Below, piece by piece: positions 58,801 to 64,000 of a stretch of DNA of 64,000 nt. Under the pieces are notes generated by a model that made no database searches, was not told the origin of the DNA, and worked only from the letters and a program-made list of their open reading frames with translations. The stretch's first letter is position 1, and every line of letters begins with the position of its first letter. Position numbers and translations under genes: made by a program. The stretch is from Gammaproteobacteria bacterium (lineage in GTDB: Bacteria > Pseudomonadota > Gammaproteobacteria > CBDBNL01 > JAAOII01), in contig OZ242372.1 of the NCBI GenBank assembly GCA_965209035.1, positions 320,001 through 384,000 on the forward strand, written 5' to 3'.

Positions 58801-61464
58801 TTTCGTGCCCAGCAATCCGCCGGCACCAAAACTGCGGTCGGTGCCGGCCGAGTTTGAAGTAATAATGTCAATGTTCGCATAAGATGACTTTACGATCACC
58901 GGAACGCGCGCCCCTTGTCTTGCATCCGTTCCGCCTATAAGACCGCCACTGCCACTGTGCCGGCTGGTCGTGGAAGTGGAAGCCACGGACTCCCCTCTTG
59001 CATAGGAAGAAATGATCCGAATACTCTTGCGCGACTGCGCTTCCGCAGGCCGTAAGAATCCATTAAAGCCAATTAATCCGCCCGCATAGTTAAAAGATTT
59101 GATCTGCCCAAATTCTGCGGAAGAATGCTTAATGATCACCTCGGCATCCAACGCGGAGACACCGCCTACCAACCCGCCGGCGTATTCCAGTCGCGAAGAA
59201 ACATTTCCGAAAACACGGACATTGTCAATCTCCAACCGGCCGGATCCTACCTCGCCGACCAGCATGGCCGCATATGCGCTGGCTCCTTGAATACTGACAT
59301 CCGTCAGTTGCAGATTCTTGAACACACTATTGCTAGCCGAGGCGAACAAGGCACCGCAACCCAAAACTCTGCATCCTTCTCCCACATACAAGCCGGCAAT
59401 AGTATACCCATTGCCGTTAAATTCTCCGGTAAATGAATTGCAACTAATAATTTGCGTGGTGGAAATGAACGGGAAGCACTCGCCAATGGAGCTCCAACCA
59501 CTCCCGCTTATCCAACCGTCTTTATTTTCACTCGCATTCAAATAAGAAGTATCATCATTAAAATCCAACGATCTTGTCAGTTCATAGCCGTGACAACCGT
59601 CGCCGGACGGGCAGCCGGCGGAGCCTTTGGGGATGAATTTCGAAACTCTTCCTTCGTCTATACCGTTCGCATCCAGATCATTATTGAGTGCGGCAAGTTC
59701 TTCCAGGTAACTAATTTCTATCAAGCCGTTATTATCGTAATCCGAATCATTTGCATTCACACAACCGTCGCCGTCCATATCCGTCGTCGTATCGTGCGGC
59801 CCCCTCGCCCCGTTCGGGCAAGGATCACACAGATCGCCAAAAGTGTCTCCGTCGATGTCTGACTGATTATTTGCAATGAGCGGGCAGTTATCGGCCGTAT
59901 CCAAGGTATTGTCATTATCATCATCATCGTCACAGGCATCACCGCCGTCTGTCACATTGCCGTCCGTATTATTTTGATCCGGATTGACAACCGTCCGGCA
60001 GTTATCCAGCACCATACCGTTGTTATCAAAGTCATTCACACCGTCATTATCATCATCATCATCGCAGGCATTGCCACCGTCTGTCACATTGCCATCCGTA
60101 TTAATTTGCTCCGGATTGGCAACTGTCCGGCAGTTATCCCTCACCATACCGTCGTTATCAAAGTCATTCACGCCATCATTATCATCATCCGGATCATTGG
60201 CATCCGAAAGACGATCCCCGTCCGTATTAAAGCCGGGCACCCTTTCAACTAGCAACGTGGAAGAACTGTTGCCGTTCGTATAAAACACTGTCACGGAAAA
60301 CGCATAGTTGGTTTCGTCTTTTAATGCATTAACCCGGTAAGTCACTGCGGCAAGGGCGGAAATATTAACCCGGTCTCCCGCAAGAGGGATAGATCCTCCA
60401 AAGAGAGGGTTCAGGATTTCGTCCCAATAGATACGAAAACCGATAATATTGTCACTGTCCGGATTGATCCAATTCAACAGCATTCCGTTTGCCACCGGAA
60501 AAGCCGTAAGGTTTGTGATACCGGGCAGGGCTGTCGCACCATCACCGCCGCCTGTATCTCCGCCGCCCGCATCGCCGCCTGTATCTCCGCCACCCGCATC
60601 GCCGCCTGTATCTCCGCCGCCCGCATCGCCGCCTGTATCTCCGCCACCCGCATCGCCGCCGTTATCTCCGCCGCCCGCATCGCCGCCGTTATCACCGCCA
60701 CCCGCATCGCCGCCCGGAACCTCTTCAACTCGCGATGAAGCGGAACTGTTCCCATTCGCATAGGAAACCAACACAGAAAATACGTAGTTGGTCCCGTTTC
60801 GTAACTCATCCACCGGGTAGGAAACCGCGGCAAGCGATGAGAGATTGACTTGCCCTTCCCCCAAAGGAATCAGCATCTCTGAGGCAAGATTCGCGGTTTC
60901 TTGCCAAATGATATAGAAACCGGTAATACTGTCACTGGCCGGGTTGGTCCAATTCAACAGCACTCCGTCTGCCACCGGAAAAGCCATAAGGTTTGTGATA
61001 CCAGGCAGAGCACCTCCGTCGCTACCGCCGTTATCATCGCCGGCCGGATCCCCCGGAACTCGCGATGAAACAGAACTGCTCCCGTCCGCATAGAAGATCG
61101 TCACGGAAAACGCGTAGTTGATCCCGTTTCGTAACCCACTCACCGGGTAGGAAACCGCGGCAAGCGATGAGAGATTGACCTGTCCTTCCATCAGAGAGAT
61201 CAGTCCCCTTGAGACAGGATTCTCGATTTCTTGCCAAATGATATTGAAACCGGTAATAATATTGTCACTGTCCGGGTTGATCCAATTCAACAGCACTCCG
61301 TTTGCCGCCGGAGAAGCCGTAAAGTCTGTGATACCGGGCAGGGCATCTCTGTTGCCACTGCTATTACCGCCTCCGTCACCACAACCAACAATAGCGGAAA
61401 AAACTAAGAGCATCAAAAAACGATATCCCCACAATAAATGCTTAAGAATCACTTTAAATATCAT
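55840..61464 (-). CDS. 1874-aa surface lipoprotein: FN3-like repeats, Gly/Asp linker, thrombospondin type 3 repeats and two GLUG-like beta-helix modules
   Basis: Lipobox IVGC; LPGIT...L.W.NP..Y..L..G..Y.F.V units; DxDxDG..D..DNC repeats; GGL(V/I)G repeats ending S.WDNQ...W. Confidence 0.85.
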   Translation of the reverse strand: MIFKVILKHLLWGYRFLMLLVFSAIVGCGDGGGNSSGNRDALPGITDFTASPAANGVLLNWINPDSDNIITGFNIIWQEIENPVSRGLISLMEGQVNLSSLAAVSYPVSGLRNGINYAFSVTIFYADGSSSVSSRVPGDPAGDDNGGSDGGALPGITNLMAFPVADGVLLNWTNPASDSITGFYIIWQETANLASEMLIPLGEGQVNLSSLAAVSYPVDELRNGTNYVFSVLVSYANGNSSASSRVEEVPGGDAGGGDNGGDAGGGDNGGDAGGGDTGGDAGGGDTGGDAGGGDTGGDAGGGDTGGGDGATALPGITNLTAFPVANGMLLNWINPDSDNIIGFRIYWDEILNPLFGGSIPLAGDRVNISALAAVTYRVNALKDETNYAFSVTVFYTNGNSSSTLLVERVPGFNTDGDRLSDANDPDDDNDGVNDFDNDGMVRDNCRTVANPEQINTDGNVTDGGNACDDDDDNDGVNDFDNNGMVLDNCRTVVNPDQNNTDGNVTDGGDACDDDDDNDNTLDTADNCPLIANNQSDIDGDTFGDLCDPCPNGARGPHDTTTDMDGDGCVNANDSDYDNNGLIEISYLEELAALNNDLDANGIDEGRVSKFIPKGSAGCPSGDGCHGYELTRSLDFNDDTSYLNASENKDGWISGSGWSSIGECFPFISTTQIISCNSFTGEFNGNGYTIAGLYVGEGCRVLGCGALFASASNSVFKNLQLTDVSIQGASAYAAMLVGEVGSGRLEIDNVRVFGNVSSRLEYAGGLVGGVSALDAEVIIKHSSAEFGQIKSFNYAGGLIGFNGFLRPAEAQSRKSIRIISSYARGESVASTSTTSRHSGSGGLIGGTDARQGARVPVIVKSSYANIDIITSNSAGTDRSFGAGGLLGTKVRNVRIEASYAKIGQVDAKGGSVHGFAGVFDDSVARVNASYATFGRLRSAQVAKAGLVSIAGTNADINIGDSYWDNQSLFSSVAPENIFQAEAGRSADDLRRPNNRSGFAGIYANWADYWCDPQTGDFLVTQTAPPDARFVRAWNFGSEALYPVLACTPDTPAHQWAKGGDRYTSISQLNGIPGMGSMLLSWDNPNRRDIASFNITWEHINNRTRRAVVPVAGTPTPDNTAAFARVSHSIEGLTNDVVHEFEVIAIYEDGTVSPPAGLERAPGRNTDGDELADIDDDDDDDDGRPDTADNCRAIANRDQRNTDRDGEGDVCDDNDDNDERLDGDDNCRLVINNDQTDTDGDGMGDACDGDDDNDGRSDSTDNCPLIVNDQINTDGDALGDACDDDDDNDEIPDTRDNCQFVFNPTQANADGLTDGGDVCDNNDDNDGWLDSEDNCPLVPNNDQADMDSDSLGNLCDACPNGIRGTGGVGERRRHSEVVDMDGDGCVISFDSDNNGNGLIEIDTLEELAALNDDLDGDGIDDGSHPDLTVDKSQGCPMVGGCVGYELTRSLDFASSASYENAGANMPRWTGGVGWEPIGGCSTTTSCSSFSGIFDGNGETIAGLYINGRDIKGTGLFGAVADSVIKNLRLTDVSITGITKSAVGMLVGHVDAGSLDIDNVRVGGNLSTGQGGVGGLLGSTSGARKTSVRIVRSSAHFGELSAIHSFNNDNLGGLIGIAAGPHPGGDPLLASDIVSIVASYARGGSLKGGRNVGGLVGQVNQGKLGSIEGSYADIGSINVSATNGPAGGLIGYVAGPINILASYAKSGQIFTSSASPPLGGGLVGDVFEDPKITINASYAVTGELISMSSASPHTRGGLVGVSASPDEVAAIVNSYWDNQVNMGTVINTFPGDRDAGRSTEALRQPDNATGFGGSLYESWGNFWCDPQTGDFRVLQTPPAETGFIQAWNLGNSSQYPVLTCTPDTPAAQWQAQSSRNP
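60541..60715 (-). repeat. About 6 x 27-bp coding repeat, GGDAGGGD(T/N)
   Basis: Seen in both DNA and protein. Confidence 0.9.
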
Positions 61465-61625
61465 AACAATTCATTAATAAATTGGGGCAAGACCGGATGA
61501 TGCAAAATCAAAACAGATGTTTGAAGTCTCCGGGAACCCGCCTTATTTTATTGCTCGGTCTCATTTGTCTTATTTTACCTTATTTTATTCATTTTTTTCA
61601 TTTTTTTCATTTTTTTCATTTTTTT

Positions 61626-61940
61626 ATGATCCCGCCCCTTTCCGGACTTTCGTTGTTTTTGCAAGAATTGAATTGACGAGAGTTGTTTGCGAGCATCATG
61701 GGGACGCTCTAGATGATACCAAGCCAACTGTATCATCCCGCCCATTTCCGGACCTCTGTTGTTTTTGCAAGAATTGAATTGACGAGAGTTGTTTGAGAGC
61801 ATCATGGGGACGCTCTAGATGATACCAAGCCAACTGTATCATCCCGCCCATTTCCGGACCTCTGTTGTTTTTGCCGGAATTGAATTGACGAGAGTTGTTT
61901 GAGAGCATCATGGGGACGTCCCGGATGATACCAAGCCAGC
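61626..61940. repeat. 3 x 106-bp intergenic tandem repeat
   Basis: GAATTGAATTGACGAG at 61665, 61771 and 61877. Confidence 0.95.
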
Positions 61941-62028
61941 CATGCAGTCATGCGATGAACTTGGCGTTGACGCCGGAATATCTTAAACAGGAACAGTGTA
62001 AACGCCTTCCTCTCATTTCCGCAGCTCC

Positions 62029-62134
62029 AATGCGCATCTTTTTTAATGCGCAGCTTTTTTAATGCGCATCTTTTTTAATGCGCAGCTTTTTTAATGCGCA
62101 TCTTTTTTAATGCGCAGCTTTTTTAATGCGCAGC
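62029..62134. repeat. About 6.5 x 16-bp repeat AATGCGCA(T/G)CTTTTTT
   Basis: Counted directly; the T and G variants alternate. Confidence 0.95.
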
Positions 62135-62280
62135 CCGGCCGCCCTCACAGACCACACAGTCTCGCCGGCGGACACACCCAAATAGTTTCATTAACAACAA
62201 GTTTCCGCTGTCTGAGTCGGCAAGAGCAAAACAGTTCTCCATCTTTCTTGCCCGTTTCATGTCAAGTCTACAATTCCCTT

Positions 62281-62979
62281 TCATTTTTTTGCGATGCTCT
62301 TTTGAATGTCATATAAGACCTGCCGGGGGTCCTTCGCCAGCATCACAGGTCTGCCGATGACCAGATGATCGGCGCCGGCTTTTATGGCTTGCCGGGCGGT
62401 TGCCGTCCGTTGCTGGTCGTCATTGCCGGCATTACCATCATTGCCGGACCGGTTGCGAATACCCGGAGTGACCAAAATGAATTCTTCGCCAAATTCTTTT
62501 CGCAACAGAGCGGCTTCGCATGCCGAAGCGACCAGACCATCACAACCGAGACGCAAAGCGGACTCCGCCCGACGCAATACCACCCGCTCCGCATCTTCAT
62601 TTTGTTGCACGCTGGTAAGCAGAGTGACCGCAAGAATTTTGGGAGTATCCTCTTGCCGGCCCGCCAATGCCCCCGCGGCGGCATCCGCATGCACCGTGGC
62701 ATAGTCTATCCCCCGACCGCGCAGTTGGCGCATCGCCCTTTCGGTTGTTTGCGGAATGTCGTGAAACTTAAGATCCAACATCACCTTGTGTCCCAGCCGC
62801 TTAATATCTTCCGTCGCAGCCCAGCCTGCCGCCAAGAAGAGTTCCAAACCCACCTTGTAGAAACCGCACAGAGGCGACAAAAGAGAAAGAAGTTCGGTCA
62901 GCGGTTCCCGGCTTGGCAGATCCAATGCCAGGATAATGCGTTCTTGAAGCGGGACAACTCTTTTCATATCCCTTTTCAT
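62281..62979 (-). CDS. pyrF: Orotidine 5'-phosphate decarboxylase
   Basis: ILALD, KVGLEL, DLKFHDIP.T, VTPGIR, DDQ.R and VIGRP. Confidence 0.97.
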   Translation of the reverse strand: MKRDMKRVVPLQERIILALDLPSREPLTELLSLLSPLCGFYKVGLELFLAAGWAATEDIKRLGHKVMLDLKFHDIPQTTERAMRQLRGRGIDYATVHADAAAGALAGRQEDTPKILAVTLLTSVQQNEDAERVVLRRAESALRLGCDGLVASACEAALLRKEFGEEFILVTPGIRNRSGNDGNAGNDDQQRTATARQAIKAGADHLVIGRPVMLAKDPRQVLYDIQKSIAKK

Positions 62980-63060
62980 ATTCTCATACCCTTAATTAGG
63001 ATTCGGGTTCGGGTTAACAAAGGACGAGACAACAATACAAAGGAAGCTGTTTTCATCTTT

Positions 63061-64000
63061 TTAGGACATCTTCTTCAGCAGCCCTGTCAGATACTGCATT
63101 AAAAGTGTCTTATCGTCCGCGGATGACAAATGACGGTGATGCGCGACAGCGGATTGATATTGGGCAAGAAGTTCGGGGTTTCTTTCCCGCCAGTTTGCAA
63201 ACATCGCATCCGCGCTTGCGGCCCCCGCGGAGGCATGTAATTGGGCGGTCATCAGTCTGCCCGCCTGTTCTTGAAAATCTTCCGCCAGATCCCGCAGAAC
63301 CGCCCTTTCCCAATCACTCGCCCGAAACACGGCCATGTCCTCCATACTTCGGATGTGAGAACCTATGGCGAGTTGTTCGTCCAACAGTTGGTAAAGGTCC
63401 CAAAGAATACGCACTTTTTTACCGGTTTTGCATGATAACTCGGATACAAACAACAACTCCGGGGCAGTCTCGGCAATCATATACTCAAAGCGTTTTTCCT
63501 TCTCAAGTTCCATACTTGCCGGCAAAGGGGCCGACCGAGAATTGTCCGGTTTCGCCGCGAGGACATCCGCTAAAACAGGCAAGTTGCGCCGCATTGCATC
63601 ATAAGAGGGAGAATGACGCATGCAAAACCGGATGAGGCGCGCATTTGTTTGCCGCAGTGCAATCAAACTCGGCAGCAACTTCGGGTAATGCCGCGCTTCG
63701 GCGGCAAGTTCAAGACCAAGGCGGGTAAAGTGAAAAAGATGTTCCAAGTGTAAAAAATGAGAAGCAAATCGGGGCAATTGCCGCAGCACCTCGTTGTCGA
63801 CATCCGCCCAAGGAGCAAGTCCGAGGTGATCCACCAACAGATTAACAATACAGACATCCGCCACCTGTTTTACAAAAGGAATGTCATGCATTCGGTTTGC
63901 CATCCGTTTGCGCAGAGGCTGCGGATAATAGAGCGGCAATTGCTTTTCCAACAGAGGCTCCTTAAGCGTATCCTGCTCCGCCAGATGGTGACGCAAGTAG
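63061..64000 (-). CDS. C-terminal part of a probable, divergent large NAD-specific glutamate dehydrogenase (runs off the right edge)
   Basis: YYP..LR.R....M...P...N.LVD.LG and WE..V...L..D recall the GdhB C-terminal domain. Confidence 0.5.
   Translation of the reverse strand, partial: YLRHHLAEQDTLKEPLLEKQLPLYYPQPLRKRMANRMHDIPFVKQVADVCIVNLLVDHLGLAPWADVDNEVLRQLPRFASHFLHLEHLFHFTRLGLELAAEARHYPKLLPSLIALRQTNARLIRFCMRHSPSYDAMRRNLPVLADVLAAKPDNSRSAPLPASMELEKEKRFEYMIAETAPELLFVSELSCKTGKKVRILWDLYQLLDEQLAIGSHIRSMEDMAVFRASDWERAVLRDLAEDFQEQAGRLMTAQLHASAGAASADAMFANWRERNPELLAQYQSAVAHHRHLSSADDKTLLMQYLTGLLKKMS

Noticed and set aside
61575-61911. Third mini-ORF relay in the 106-bp repeat
   Set aside because: One ORF does end in an ATGA overlap after two units, but the chain stops more than 100 bp short of the lipoprotein start, so it is probably incidental.
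61626-61940. CRISPR array (also considered for 10792-11067, 20899-21460 and 44761-44915)
   Set aside because: Whole units repeat with no unique spacers, and no cas operon is present.

Overview
A 64 kb stretch of bacterial chromosome. The proteins look gammaproteobacterial. A DUF1640-like array, an FN3/TSP3 surface lipoprotein and scrambled operons suggest a host-associated lineage such as a marine invertebrate symbiont (inference only). Most genes are housekeeping genes in heavily shuffled order: mutM, argH, yciB/yciI, ung, ccmF/G, ribH-nusB-thiL-pgpA, anmK, an M23 peptidase, dsbA, folA, uvrD, lptB, an lptC-lptA fusion, nadE, rmuC, lgt, apbE, prpD, trpS, thrC, ftsB, atpC, groESL and pyrF. There are two AT-rich defence islets: GmrSD plus HEPN/MNT, and UDG-like plus GmrSD plus three T5orf172 GIY-YIG genes plus PD-(D/E)XK. 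Four signals stand out. (1) Tandem duplications across start codons build chains of ATGA-overlapped mini-ORFs in front of uvrD (4 x 39 aa) and thiL (2 x 31 aa). (2) At least seven genes have a -10 box exactly 6-7 nt before ATG, the geometry of leaderless mRNA; these include the operon orphans atpC and ftsB, and possibly an AUA-initiated folA. (3) Local tandem duplication occurs at every scale, inside and between genes. (4) One GIY-YIG triplet has an intact copy and two catalytically degenerate copies that share an unnamed C-terminal domain. No CRISPR array, rRNA, tRNA, integrase or transposase was recognised. All calls come from reading motifs by eye; no database searches were run.
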